A DNA stretch of 64,000 nucleotides, taken from positions 1,952,001 through 2,016,000 of the forward strand of contig CAXVYR010000004.1 of assembly GCA_963666975.2 (NCBI GenBank). Direction: 5' to 3'. Under the pieces are notes generated by a model. The model ran no database searches and was not told the origin of the DNA. It worked only from the letters and a program-made list of their open reading frames with translations. Position numbers and translations under genes: made by a program. The stretch comes from Terriglobia bacterium. GTDB taxonomy: Bacteria > Acidobacteriota > Terriglobia > 2-12-FULL-54-10. Shown here in pieces: positions 10,780 to 21,229 of the stretch (position 1 is the first letter of the stretch; every line of letters begins with the position of its first letter).

Positions 10780-11958
10780 TCAGCGCTCCACGGCCATCGC
10801 CACCGCGTTTCCGCCGCCGAGACAGAGGGCGGCGATGCCGCGCCGGACGTTGCGGGCGATCATTTCATGGAGAAGCGTGGTCAGGATGCGCGCGCCGCTC
10901 GCGCCGATGGGATGGCCCAGCGCCACCGCGCCGCCATTGACGTTGACCTTCTCCGCATCGAGCCGCAGCTCGCGGATCAGCGCCACCGCCTGCACGGCAA
11001 AGGCTTCATTCAGCTCGTACAGGTCCACATCGTCCCGGTTCCATCCCACCTTTTTCAGAAGTTTCTCCACCGCTTCGAGCGGCGCCATCATCACCAGGGC
11101 CGGAGCGATGCCGCTCACCGACTGCCCCCGGATGCGCGCCAAAGGCTGCTTGCCCAATCGGGAAGCCGCTTTTTCCGATGTCACCACCAGGGCCGCCGCG
11201 CCGTCATTCATTCCCGGGGCATTGCCGGCGGTAACGGTCCCATCCTTCTTGAAGGCCGGCTTCAATTTTCGCAGCGTTTCCAGGCTCGCGTCCGGACGCG
11301 GACATTCATCCGTGCTGAACTGGACGGTCTGTCCCTTTTTTTTCGGAATTGTAACGGGAATGATCTGCGACTGAAAACGGCAAGCCTCTATGGCCGCCAC
11401 CGCTTTCCGGTGGCTGTTGAGGGAGTACTCATCCTGCTCTTCGCGCGTGACCCGGTACTTTTCGGCAACCACTTCGCCGGTATTGCCCATGTGCATGTCT
11501 TCAAAGGCGTCCCAGAGGCCATCGTGAACCATGGAGTCCAGGAGCTTCCCGTCGCCCAGGCGAAGCCCTTCCCGTGCTCTGGACAACAGGAGAGGGGCGT
11601 TGGACATGGATTCCATGCCGCCCGCCACGGCAATATCAATGTCGCCCACCTGAATTCCCTGCGCGGCCAGACCCACGGCCTTCAGACCCGACCCGCAAAC
11701 TTTGTTGATGGTCAGCGCGCCCACTTTTTCGGAGAGGCCCGCCCGCAGAGCCGCCTGCCGGGCCGGGTTTTGTCCCTGTCCCGCTGAAACCACATTGCCC
11801 AGGATCGCCTCTTCCACCTGCGCGGGCTCCAACCCTGCGCGCTGGACCGCCTCCTTCACTACAATCGCCCCCAACTCGGTGGCGCGCAACGGCGTCAGCG
11901 ACCCAAGAAACCGCCCAATCGGAGTACGTACCGCGCTTAAAATGACAGGCTGTTCCAT
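10780..11958 (-). CDS. Acetyl-CoA C-acetyltransferase (thiolase)
   Basis: [26 protein letters not shown] motifs. Confidence 0.96.
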   Translation of the reverse strand: MEQPVILSAVRTPIGRFLGSLTPLRATELGAIVVKEAVQRAGLEPAQVEEAILGNVVSAGQGQNPARQAALRAGLSEKVGALTINKVCGSGLKAVGLAAQGIQVGDIDIAVAGGMESMSNAPLLLSRAREGLRLGDGKLLDSMVHDGLWDAFEDMHMGNTGEVVAEKYRVTREEQDEYSLNSHRKAVAAIEACRFQSQIIPVTIPKKKGQTVQFSTDECPRPDASLETLRKLKPAFKKDGTVTAGNAPGMNDGAAALVVTSEKAASRLGKQPLARIRGQSVSGIAPALVMMAPLEAVEKLLKKVGWNRDDVDLYELNEAFAVQAVALIRELRLDAEKVNVNGGAVALGHPIGASGARILTTLLHEMIARNVRRGIAALCLGGGNAVAMAVER

Positions 11959-12082
11959 ACTGACCCTCCTGCGGGAATGCCCAGAACGGATGATTTTAAC
12001 ACACGCAGGCTGGGGACTGCCAAGCTGTGGGTTCGGAAGATGTAGGCCAAAAGCAGCGCGTCGCGGGCAGCCGCAGAGGGCG

Positions 12083-12940
12083 TCAGTCCCTGGCGTAGCG
12101 TTTCTCGGCTTCGTTGTACTCGGGGAAGCCGACGATCTCGCGCAAGTGGGGGAAATCGGCGATGCCCGCAGGACTCTCGCTCCGCTTCAGGGAAGCCAGT
12201 GAGGTTTCCATAGACTGAATGGCGGCGAGCATCAGGGTCAGAGGGTAGAGAACGATCTTGTAACCGATCGCGTGCAGTTGTTTCGGGCTGAGCAGGGGAG
12301 TGTCTCCCTGTTCTACGAGATTAGCCATTTTGGGGCCGGGCACGGCTTTGCAGAATGCGCGCATCTGCTCTTCATTCCGTGGTCCCTCAAGAAACGTGAT
12401 GTCCGCGCCCAGCGACGCAAACGTTGTGGCACGATGAATTGCTTCCTCCAGCCCTTCCGTGGCCAGGGCGTCGGTGCGCGCCATGATGAGGATGTCAGCC
12501 CCGGCTTTTTGCTCGTCCACGGCAGCCTGAATGCGCGCAAAGGCCTCTTCCCTGTTCACCGTCTGTTTGCCGCGAGTGTGTCCGCAGCGTTTGGGCGACA
12601 CCTGATCTTCAATCATCACGCACGCGAAGCCCGCCTGGGCGTAGCCTCGCACCGTGCGCTGCACGTTGAGCGCGTTTCCGTAGCCGGTGTCGCCGTCGCC
12701 GATGACGGGTATGGAGACAGCAGAGCAAATGTTCCGGCCCTGATCCACCATCTCGGCATAGGAGATCAACCCGGTGTCCGGCATTCCGATCCGTGAAGCG
12801 GAGACCGCAAACCCGCCCATGAAGGCGGCCTGAAAGCCTGCCCGCTCGATCAGCTTTGCCGAAAGGGCGTCATAGCAGCCCGGCATTGCCAGGATATCCG
12901 GACCACTGAGCAGCTCTCGCAATCGTTCGGCAGCACTCAT
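12083..12940 (-). CDS. Isocitrate lyase / PEP mutase family protein
   Basis: [24 protein letters not shown]. Confidence 0.9.
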   Translation of the reverse strand: MSAAERLRELLSGPDILAMPGCYDALSAKLIERAGFQAAFMGGFAVSASRIGMPDTGLISYAEMVDQGRNICSAVSIPVIGDGDTGYGNALNVQRTVRGYAQAGFACVMIEDQVSPKRCGHTRGKQTVNREEAFARIQAAVDEQKAGADILIMARTDALATEGLEEAIHRATTFASLGADITFLEGPRNEEQMRAFCKAVPGPKMANLVEQGDTPLLSPKQLHAIGYKIVLYPLTLMLAAIQSMETSLASLKRSESPAGIADFPHLREIVGFPEYNEAEKRYARD

Positions 12941-12990
12941 ATTTCCTCATCGTCAACCCTAGACACTTTCAGAGTTGCTGTAAAGCGCCT

Positions 12991-13032
12991 TGTTGGTAAA
13001 TCCATCCGAGCCGCGCGCGTAAGTAAGTGGAC
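12991..13032. repeat. REP-like repeat copy
   Basis: About 4 mismatches in 42 bp to the reverse complement of the 10310-10351 copy. Confidence 0.7.
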
Positions 13033-13078
13033 AACAAAAGCTGGGTTGACCGCTTCCTCGGTGCCTCTGTGGTTGGTT

Positions 13079-14113
13079 TTACTGTAGGTCGCTTCCAAAC
13101 AGTCTGGCCAGTTCATCCTGCTCTGGGAATTCGAGCTTCTGAGTTCTGTTGCCTCGCTGTACTAGGCAGCCCTGTTCCAGGGGAGTGATCTCCGCCACAA
13201 CCGTGGCCGGGATCGATTCGGCCCGGAGAAGTTCGATCACCTCTGCGGCTTTTTCAGCGGGCGTCCCGATCAGCAGCGCGCCGGAGGCCAGCAGGGCTAA
13301 AGGGTCCAGAGTCAGCGCGGAGCACATCTCGCGCGTCTCCGGAAGAACGGGCACATGATCGGCATATACCGCAATGCCGCGCCTGGCCGCCATGGCCATC
13401 TCCAGCAGTCCCGCCAGCACGCCGCCCTCGGTGGGATCGTGCATGGCCTTCACGGCGCCGGTTGCAGCGGCCGCCTGCGCAGCCCGCACCACGCTGATGC
13501 CGGGATCGAACAAAAGCTTTCGCGCGCGGTCCAGCACGTCGGCTGAAATCTTCCCGGACAATTTCGAATGCTTTTCCCGTGCAATTACGGCGCTGCCCTC
13601 GATGGCGACACCTTGCGTGAGCAGAATCACGTCGCCCGGCTTCAGAGAATCTTTACGAAGGAGCTTGGCTTTGTCGGCCACCTCGCCCAGCATCTGGCCG
13701 GCTACGATGGGACGCTCCAGGCCGTGAGTGATCTCGGTATGGCCGCCGCACAACGTCACGCCCAATTGCTTGCAGGCAGCCAGGATATCCTGAAAAATTT
13801 CCTCTACCATGGCCGGCGACGCCGCGCCTTCCGGCAGCAGCAGCGTGGCTAAAAACCACAGCGGCCGCGCTCCCAGAACTGCAATGTCGTTGGCATTGAT
13901 GTGTACCGAGTACCAGCCGATCTTTTCGGCTGCAAAGGTGATGGGGTCCGACTTGGCGACCAGGTAGCGGTCCGGCATCTCGATGACCGCCGCGTCTTCT
14001 CCCACGCGCGCTCCCAAGATGAGACGAGGATTGTTCGAGGGAACCTGTGCCAGCAGACGCGCCAGGTAGTCCGGCGGCAGCTTGCCCACTGGGAATGGGG
14101 GAAGTAGGTCCAT
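13079..14113 (-). CDS. AIR synthase (PurM/HypE-like) family protein
   Basis: GKLP, GEDAAVI, SDPIT, NANDIA, GGHTE, MHDPTEGG, ASGALL. Confidence 0.88.
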   Translation of the reverse strand: MDLLPPFPVGKLPPDYLARLLAQVPSNNPRLILGARVGEDAAVIEMPDRYLVAKSDPITFAAEKIGWYSVHINANDIAVLGARPLWFLATLLLPEGAASPAMVEEIFQDILAACKQLGVTLCGGHTEITHGLERPIVAGQMLGEVADKAKLLRKDSLKPGDVILLTQGVAIEGSAVIAREKHSKLSGKISADVLDRARKLLFDPGISVVRAAQAAAATGAVKAMHDPTEGGVLAGLLEMAMAARRGIAVYADHVPVLPETREMCSALTLDPLALLASGALLIGTPAEKAAEVIELLRAESIPATVVAEITPLEQGCLVQRGNRTQKLEFPEQDELARLFGSDLQ

Positions 14114-14189
14114 TGGATTAGAGGGAACCATACCGGCGGAGGGAGAGTCCAGCATTCATTAGGGTGGACAATTTTCTCTGGCTTGGCTC

Positions 14190-14816
14190 TTAGTAACGGC
14201 GCAAGACGCCGATCACACGGCCCTGGATGGCGACCTCGGAGGCCGCCACGCGGATCGGCTCCATCCGCGCATTGGCCGGTTGCAAGCGAATTTGGCCCTG
14301 CGTCTCCCGGTAAAAGCGCTTCAGCGTGCTCTCGCTTCCACCCACCAAGGCCACCACGATGTCGCCATCCTGCGCCTTTGCCGTTTTCTCCACCAGGATG
14401 TAGTCGCCATCCAGAATATGCTCCTCCATCATGGAGTCCCCTTTTACCTGCAATACGAACACGTCTTTCCGGCCGGTAAAGTCACTGAGAGAAACTTTCT
14501 CCGGTTGCTCGAAAGCTTCCACGGGCTGGCCGGCAGCGATGCGTCCTAACAAGGGAAGTTCGGCAGATGCTTGCTCCTGGCGCGCTCGCCGCACCTCTTG
14601 CAGATATTTCGGTCCCGGTTCCAGCGAACGGCTCCGGTTATAGCCACGCCGCAGAAAACCTTTTCGCTCCAGTGTGGAGATATGCTTGTGGACGGTCGCC
14701 AGGGAGCTCAACTTCATTGCCAGCCCAATCTCCTCAAAGCTGGGGCAATATCCGCGTTCGCGCAGAAACTCCGCAATGAAATCCATCACTTGACGCTGCC
14801 TGCGGGTGAGCACCAT
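14190..14816 (-). CDS. lexA: SOS repressor LexA
   Basis: LTRRQ HTH start, GRIAAG cleavage site, VKGDSM serine and TLKR lysine. Confidence 0.96.
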   Translation of the reverse strand: MVLTRRQRQVMDFIAEFLRERGYCPSFEEIGLAMKLSSLATVHKHISTLERKGFLRRGYNRSRSLEPGPKYLQEVRRARQEQASAELPLLGRIAAGQPVEAFEQPEKVSLSDFTGRKDVFVLQVKGDSMMEEHILDGDYILVEKTAKAQDGDIVVALVGGSESTLKRFYRETQGQIRLQPANARMEPIRVAASEVAIQGRVIGVLRRY

Positions 14817-14880
14817 CCGCGCCGCTCCTCCTGAAAAAAATAGAAAACAGGGCTGCCCTATTGTAGCCCTGATTGCAGGC

Positions 14881-14895
14881 GAATGAAAAGCGAAT
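14881..14895 (-). promoter_or_regulatory. Candidate LexA box (ATTC-N7-ATTC on minus strand)
   Basis: Direct repeat 65 bp upstream of lexA, a one-base variant per half-site of the GTTC-N7-GTTC box. Confidence 0.45.
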
Positions 14896-14990
14896 TCATG
14901 GCGGTTCTATCTTCCCAGCAGGAATCCGGGTGGTGTGGATGTGCAGGGTTCTTTAGATTTGTGCATATTAAATGAGGGATTCACACCCAG

Positions 14991-15226
14991 GAGCTACGGG
15001 ATGAATGCCTGAATGGAGAAATCTTCTGCTCGCTGAAGGAGGCGCAGATTGTGATTGGGCAATGGGGGGAGGAGTACAACACGGTGCGGCCGCACTCGGA
15101 ACTGGACTATAGGCCCACGGCGCCGGGGGCCTATAGTCCAGCCTTCTTCCCAAAACCCATTTCACAGCCGCAAGCTGTGGTGTGAACTCTCTCTCGTTGG
15201 GTTTGGCACAAAAAATCGGTCTGGCC
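14991..15226 (+). mobile_element. IS3-family 3' remnant
   Basis: Translates ELRDECLNGEIF..LKEAQIVI..W.EEYNTVRPHS.LDYRP; the end is repeated inverted at 37430-37516. Confidence 0.8.
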
Positions 15227-15514
15227 GGGAGGAGGCATCGCTCCACCCGAATCTTTGCAAGACCGCCAAGTCCAATGGCGCGCTAGAGTTCGGGTTTACG
15301 ATTGGCTCCAGCGTGGTGCTTCGGTGTAGCTGCACATTGTCCCCCGCTGGACTTCCGACATGGCGGCGCGGCACGTTGGGTGGACAAACGTTGGGAGGAC
15401 AAACGTTAGGCGAACAGATGACCCGTCTTGCAACCGCCGAAGCGTTTTATATTCGTTGCTAGATTTGCCCGTCGCACGCTTGCCGCACTGTGGTAGGGCG
15501 GAGGAAATTCTTTC

Positions 15515-16714
15515 ATGCGAAAAGGAAGTCATCTTCAGTCATTCAGCCCCGGCTCACTGGCTGTAATCTTGATGCTGGGGGCCATGGCCTGTTCTTCCTC
15601 CGAGACCCCTCCTCCGACGGCTGACGCGCAACCCGGCGGGGCTGCCACACAGGCACAATCAACGACTTCGCAGCAAGGACCCAACGCCGATGGAAAGGCT
15701 GCGTGGGAGGTTGAGTGGGAAAAGACACTTGCAGCTGCACGGCAGGAGGGAAAGGTGGTCCTTTCCGGCCCTCCCGGAGAGTCCTGGCGGAAGGTTTTGA
15801 TGACCTTTGAGCAGGACTTTCCAGAGATCGTTGTGGAGTACACCGGAGGCAATTCCAGGGACTTTTGGCCCCGGATGTTTCGCGAGCGAGAATTGGGCCA
15901 GTATCTTTGGGATTTGCGCGTAGGAGGGCCTGACCCGCAAGTTTACGAGGCCAGAGACAATGGAATACTGGACCCGGTCCGGCCCTTGCTCCTGCTGCCC
16001 GAGGTGACAGAGGATAACAAGTGGTTTGGAGGATTCAACAACCTTTTCGTCGATAAGGAGCAGAAGTACATTGCCGGCTTTTTGGCCTATTCCTCGGCCC
16101 TGGTCTTTGTCAATCGGGACATCATTCCGGAAACAGAATTCCGGTCGGATACGGACCTGATTGACCCGCGATGGAAGGGGAAAATCGTATTACAGGACCC
16201 GCGTGGGGGCGCCGGCTTGGGGAGCATGACGGTCCTGCTAGCGGTGCACGGCGAGCAGTTCGTCCGTGACCTGCTGTCAAACCAAGACGTGGCGGTGACC
16301 GGCGACAACCGCCAGCAGGCGGAATGGATCATTTGAGGCCGCTATCCGATCGGGATCGGGGTGCTCCCTGACCAATTAATGTACTTGAGGCAGAGCGGGT
16401 TGGAATTCAATGTCCAGCGCCTGCGGGAAGGAGCTGCGGGTCTCAGTGTGGGATTCGGCGGCATCCAACTCATGAACCGCGCCCCTCATTCCAATGCCGC
16501 AAAGGTGTATATCAACTGGCTGCTCTCGCAGAAGGCGCAGAACTCAGTGGCTCAGGCCTTGCGATTGAACAGCCGCCGCCTGGATGTGCCCACGGGTAAT
16601 CCGGAAACAGTGATTGATCCGAACCGACTGGAGGACTTTGTCCCGCACCAATACGAGCATTTTCTGCAGCTTCGCCAGCGAAGCGTGGAGTTGACCTCAA
16701 AATTCCTCAATTGA
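15515..16714 (+). pseudogene. Lipoprotein extracellular solute-binding protein interrupted by in-frame TGA (16334-16336)
   Basis: Lipobox-like GAMAC, AARQEGKVV, DPRWKGKI, APHSNAAKVYINWLLS; the two ORFs are in the same frame across EWII*GRYPIGIG. Confidence 0.8.
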
Positions 16715-16847
16715 TGCGTTGGCAAACTGAATTTCCGGGTTAAGATTCTTTCGGCTCGCGAATCAATGGGCCTTCACGGGGAAGCAGGAAACTTGTTTTC
16801 GATCAAGGTGGGACTGCTATAAGGTTTACACATTAGGAGGTGAGGGA

Positions 16848-18347
16848 ATGGCAAAGGCTGTGGGCGAGGCGGTTCGCAAAGACGTGGCATTCAAGGGTGT
16901 GACATTTGACGATATGCGCACATTTATCGCTGCCTGCCAGGAGATCGACAACTGGCAGTTGATCGAAGGAGCTGACTGGGACTGTGAAATTGGGGCTCTG
17001 GTGGAAGCCACCGCCGAGCTCATCCCCGACCCTCCTCTTTTGATCTTCGACAGAATCAAGGGGTATCCGCCCGGTTATAAGGTGGCGAGCCTGCTGACCG
17101 CTTCCCGCAAGCGCGCGGCTCTGGCGTTGGGGCTTCCTACGGACAAGAGCAAGTTGGAGTTGATACGCCTCGCCGCTCGCAAAATTATGGCGGCCCAACC
17201 GATCCCTCCCCTAGAGATTTCAAACGGCCCGGTGATGGAAAACATCCTGTTGGAGGAAAAGGCGGACCTGTTCCAGTTTCCGGCCCCGCGTTTTCACGCC
17301 CAGGATGGAGGGCGCTACATTGGCACCGGCGATGTCATGATCAACCGGGATCCCGATACGGGCTTCCTCAACATGGGGACGTACCGGATGCAGGTGCATG
17401 AGCGGAATCTTTTGGGATTGTGGATGAGCCCGGGGCAGCACGGCAGGTTGGTCTGCCAGCGCTATTGGGACCGGGGGGAAAGTTGCCCTGTGGTGGCGGC
17501 CTTTGGCGTGGATCCCTTGATCTTCATGGCCTCCCATACCAAAATCCCGTGGGGAAAGTCGGAACTGGAGTTTGCGGGCGGGCTGCGAGAGAGGCCCGTC
17601 GAGGTCATTCCAGGGCCGATCACGGGTTTGCCGATTCTGGCCCACGCGGAAATCGCAATCGAGGGGGAGGTGCCCCCACCCAATGTGGAATCCCGCCCGG
17701 AGGGTCCCTTCGGCGAATGGCCCGGGTACTATTCGGGCGGGACCTTGGGTACCGGCGAACCCCAGCCGGTGATCCGGGTGAAGGCGCTGTACCACAGAAA
17801 CCAGCCGATCCTGTTCGATGAGGCTCCCTTATGGGCGGGAGCACCCAAACACGCTCTCCCGATCAACGCGGGAATCCTATGGGACCAGTTAGACAGCGCC
17901 GGGATTCAGGACGTCGTCGGAGTCTTCACCTACACCTGCTTTTTGGTGGTCGTGGCCATCCGGCAGAGATTCGCCGGTCACGCCAAGCAAGCGGGCCACG
18001 CCGCGCTGAGCTGCGCTGCTACGGCGCGTAACGGCCGGTATGTTGTGGTCGTGGACGACGATATTGACCCGACGGACCTGAAGGAAGTGCTGTGGGCGAT
18101 GGAAACCAGGGTGGACCCGGCGCGTGACATCGAGACTGTGGATGGATGCTGGAGCACCCCGCTCGATCCCCGGATGCCTGCGGAGAAACGTGCTTCGGGC
18201 GACCATACCAACAGCCGGGCCATCTTTTATGCGGTGCGCCCCTATGAGTGGCGGGACAAATTCCCCAAGGTGAGCCGGTCCGATCGGGCCCTGCGCCAGC
18301 AGGTCGTTGAGAAATTCCGGTCCTTGTTGCCCTTCCCTCCTCTGTGA
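16848..18347 (+). CDS. UbiD-family (prFMN-dependent) decarboxylase
   Basis: DGGRYIGT, NMGTYRMQV, EGPFGEWPGYY, VVDDDIDP. Confidence 0.92.
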   Translation: MAKAVGEAVRKDVAFKGVTFDDMRTFIAACQEIDNWQLIEGADWDCEIGALVEATAELIPDPPLLIFDRIKGYPPGYKVASLLTASRKRAALALGLPTDKSKLELIRLAARKIMAAQPIPPLEISNGPVMENILLEEKADLFQFPAPRFHAQDGGRYIGTGDVMINRDPDTGFLNMGTYRMQVHERNLLGLWMSPGQHGRLVCQRYWDRGESCPVVAAFGVDPLIFMASHTKIPWGKSELEFAGGLRERPVEVIPGPITGLPILAHAEIAIEGEVPPPNVESRPEGPFGEWPGYYSGGTLGTGEPQPVIRVKALYHRNQPILFDEAPLWAGAPKHALPINAGILWDQLDSAGIQDVVGVFTYTCFLVVVAIRQRFAGHAKQAGHAALSCAATARNGRYVVVVDDDIDPTDLKEVLWAMETRVDPARDIETVDGCWSTPLDPRMPAEKRASGDHTNSRAIFYAVRPYEWRDKFPKVSRSDRALRQQVVEKFRSLLPFPPL

Positions 18348-18494
18348 AAGGGCTTGCGTAGAGTCGGGAAAAAAGGCCGGCACAGGGTGAGGAACCGGCG
18401 TTGCCGTTGCTCCCCTATCGCGTACCGGGGGCGCGCCACTTTGTCATGGCGGGATTCAGCCTTCGGATCTTCTACTTTTAAGCGGCTGCTGAAA

Positions 18495-18545
18495 AGCGCT
18501 GGGAAACCCTCTACGGTAGCCGTGCGTCTGAAGGCGTACCCTGAC
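18495..18545. repeat. 51-bp repeat, inverted partner of 21116-21166
   Basis: AGCGCTGGGAAACCCTCTACGGTAGCCGTGCGTCTGAAGGCGTACCCTGAC closely matches the reverse complement of 21116-21166. Confidence 0.8.
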
Positions 18546-18587
18546 ACACAGAATTGTCACTCTATGGCGTAATCCTCAATAGGAAAG

Positions 18588-20036
18588 GAGGGTGTCCCAT
18601 ACATAGTTGAAGGTTGAACGGCGGTTCGGCCCGAATCGAATAGAATCGGGCCAAGCCTAAATCCTATAGAAGGAGAACCGCCGAATGAAGGGAAAATATC
18701 ACGTTTTGGAACTGGGTTCCAAGGGAGCCGAAGAAACCATCCAGAAGTTTTGCCAAACCAACGGACAGATGCTGTTGCCGGTGGTGGATCTGATCACGGA
18801 GGCGCGTCTGGCGGTGGATGAGGTGATTGATCGGGCCGGGCGAGGTTTGATTGAAACGATTCTGAGCATGAGCGCAGAGCAAATCGCGGGGCCAAAGAGT
18901 CCCGGGAAGGCGAGCGGAGAGGTGCGCTGGCAGGGCCGGCAATTGGGGAGGGTGAAACTGGCCGATCGCCAGCTGCGGGTGGAGCGGCCCCGGCTGCGCC
19001 GGAAGGGCGGAGGGGAAGAAGCGGTGCCGGCCTACGAAGCACTGCGGAAAAGCGAGAAGACGGGCGAGGAGATGTTCGAGGCACTGTTGAAAGGGGTTTC
19101 GACGCGGAACTACCGCGAGGTGATCCCGGAGATGGCCAACAGCGCTGGGGTGTCGAAGTCTCAGGTGAGCCGGGAAGCGGCCGAGCAAGGAGCGCGGCGG
19201 CTGGAAGAACTGTTGGCGCGGCGCTGGGAGGAGGTCGAGATTCTGGTGATTTACCTGGACGGAATGCGGTTCGGCTCCCACCACGTCATCAGCGCCGTGG
19301 GCGTGGACATCGAGGGCCGCAAGCATGTGCTGGGGATTCAACTGGGCGCGACCGAAAACGCCGCTGCGGTGAAAGACCTTCTCACCCGCCTGCGCCAGCA
19401 AGGTTTGCGCACGGATCAGCGCTATCTGTTTGTGATCGACGGCGCCAAAGCGCTCCGCGCGGGGATCGAGGAAGTATTCGGCAGCAATCAGCTGGTGCAG
19501 CGTTGCCGTACTCATAAGCTGCGCAACGTGGCTGAGCGGTTACCAAAGGGCGACAAAATGCTGGCGAATCAGGTGCGGTCGCTGATGCGCGCCGCCTGGC
19601 GATTGCCCCAAGCCGAGGAAGGCATCGTGCGCATAAAAAAGCTCGCTGGGATGATCGAGTGCGATCATCCGGCAGCAGCCGCCAGCTTGCGCGAAGGGTT
19701 GGAGGAGACCTTTACGATCAATCGAGCCGACGTTCCTCCCAGCCTCCACCGCTGCCTGGCAACCACGAACCTCATCGAGAGCCCGCAGTCGGGCGTGCGG
19801 AAAAAGACTGGCAATGTTTGCCGCTGGCGCGACGGCGAGATGACGTTGCGCTGGGTGGCAGGAGCGTTTCTGCTGACCGAGAAGAATTTCCGGAAGATCA
19901 TGGGTTATCACGATCTCTGGGCTTTGGCATCGATTCTCGGCCGAAGTCCAAACGCTGCTTCCTCTCACAAGGAGGAAGTGGCGTAATATGAACTCAACCC
20001 GCCGTCCCAACCTGCAACTGAGTTTGGGACACCTTC
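18588..20036 (+). mobile_element. IS256-family element, apparently intact
   Basis: 26-bp imperfect terminal inverted repeats (21/26) and 8-bp target duplication TAGGAAAG at 18580-18587 and 20037-20044. Confidence 0.93.
18685..19986 (+). CDS. IS256-family transposase
   Basis: GVSTR, IYLDG, FVIDGAKAL, QRCRTHK, TTNLIES. Confidence 0.95.
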   Translation: MKGKYHVLELGSKGAEETIQKFCQTNGQMLLPVVDLITEARLAVDEVIDRAGRGLIETILSMSAEQIAGPKSPGKASGEVRWQGRQLGRVKLADRQLRVERPRLRRKGGGEEAVPAYEALRKSEKTGEEMFEALLKGVSTRNYREVIPEMANSAGVSKSQVSREAAEQGARRLEELLARRWEEVEILVIYLDGMRFGSHHVISAVGVDIEGRKHVLGIQLGATENAAAVKDLLTRLRQQGLRTDQRYLFVIDGAKALRAGIEEVFGSNQLVQRCRTHKLRNVAERLPKGDKMLANQVRSLMRAAWRLPQAEEGIVRIKKLAGMIECDHPAAAASLREGLEETFTINRADVPPSLHRCLATTNLIESPQSGVRKKTGNVCRWRDGEMTLRWVAGAFLLTEKNFRKIMGYHDLWALASILGRSPNAASSHKEEVA

Positions 20037-20078
20037 TAGGAAAGACCAGGCAAGCTCATTCTACGAAGGAGGTTCACT

Positions 20079-21077
20079 GTGGTAATTGACATTCACGGTC
20101 ACGTCGTCGCGCCCCCGGAACTGTACGCCTACAGGGCTGGACTCATGGCGGGACGAGGCGCGCATGGAAAGGGTCGGGTGAACATCGACGACGAAAAGTT
20201 GAAAAACGCTGTCTGGTCAGGCGGAGGCGGGGCCCTGAAACATGCGGACGTGCTGTAGGAGGTCGGCACGGATATGCAACTCGTCTCGCCGCGTCCTTAT
20301 CAGATGATGCATAGTGAAAAGCCCGAACGCATTGTGCGGTGGTACACCGAGGCCGTCAATAATGTGATCGCTCAACTGTGCAAAATCTACCCTAAGGTTT
20401 TTCGCGGAGTCGCCGGCTTGCCCCAGAACGCGGGAGTGAGCCCGAAGAACTCGCTCGAAGAGCTCGAGCGCTGCGTGAAAGAGCTGGGATTTGTAGGGTG
20501 CATGCTGAATCCCGACCCGAATGAGGGCGAAGAGACGCCGCCGGGCCTGGGGGATGAGTATTGGTATCCGCTATATGAAAAGTTGGTGGAGCTGGATGTT
20601 CCGGCGCTGGTGCATTCTGCAAGCAGCCGCTCACCCCGGGAGCCTTACAGTCTGCACTTCATCATGGAGGAAACGATCGGTATCATAGCTCTGCTGAACT
20701 CCCGCGTGTTTGAAGACTTTCCGGCGCTGAAGCTGGTGATCTCCCACGGCGGCGGAGCGGTTCCTTACCAGATGGGCCGATTCCGAGCTGCACGGTATCG
20801 GCGGGGGAGCAAGGACCTCTTTGAAGAGAGCATTCGCCGGCTTTACTTTGATACGTGCATTTATACCAAGGAGTCCCTGGACCTTCTATTTAAGGTGGCG
20901 GGGTCGGATCGGTGCCTGTTCGGAACGGAAAGGCCGGGGACAGGAACAGTAGCCGATCCGCAAACGGGCCGCTTTATGGATGATCTGAAGCCGGTCATCG
21001 AAAGCATTGAGTGGCTGACGGAAAAGGACCGGAAAATGATTTTCGAAGAAAATGCCCGAAAGGTGTTTCGGCTTTGA
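20079..21077 (+). pseudogene. Amidohydrolase-2 family protein (LigJ/4-oxalomesaconate hydratase-like) with in-frame TAG at 20256-20258
   Basis: AAGGAGG RBS then GTG start, VIDIHGHV motif upstream of the stop; continues EVGTDMQLVSPRP, SHGGGAVPYQ, LYFDT, LFGTE. Confidence 0.82.
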
Positions 21078-21115
21078 ACGATCGAAGATTGCGTGACATG
21101 GTGACGATCCTGCGC

Positions 21116-21166
21116 GTCAGGACGCGCCTTCAGGCGCGCGGCTACCGTAGAGGGTTTCCCAGAGCT
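21116..21166. repeat. 51-bp repeat, inverted partner of 18495-18545
   Basis: Direct sequence comparison. Confidence 0.8.
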
Positions 21167-21229
21167 TTAGCGCTTGCAGGAAGCGCTTTTCCGGGAGTAA
21201 AGGAAAAAAACTAGAAGGGAAGAGGAGCC

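Noticed and set aside
13079-14113. AIR-synthase-family protein as selenophosphate synthetase SelD
   Set aside because: Same superfamily, but it lacks the N-terminal C/U-x-x-K motif of SelD and has the GKLP/SDPIT pattern of the HypE-like group
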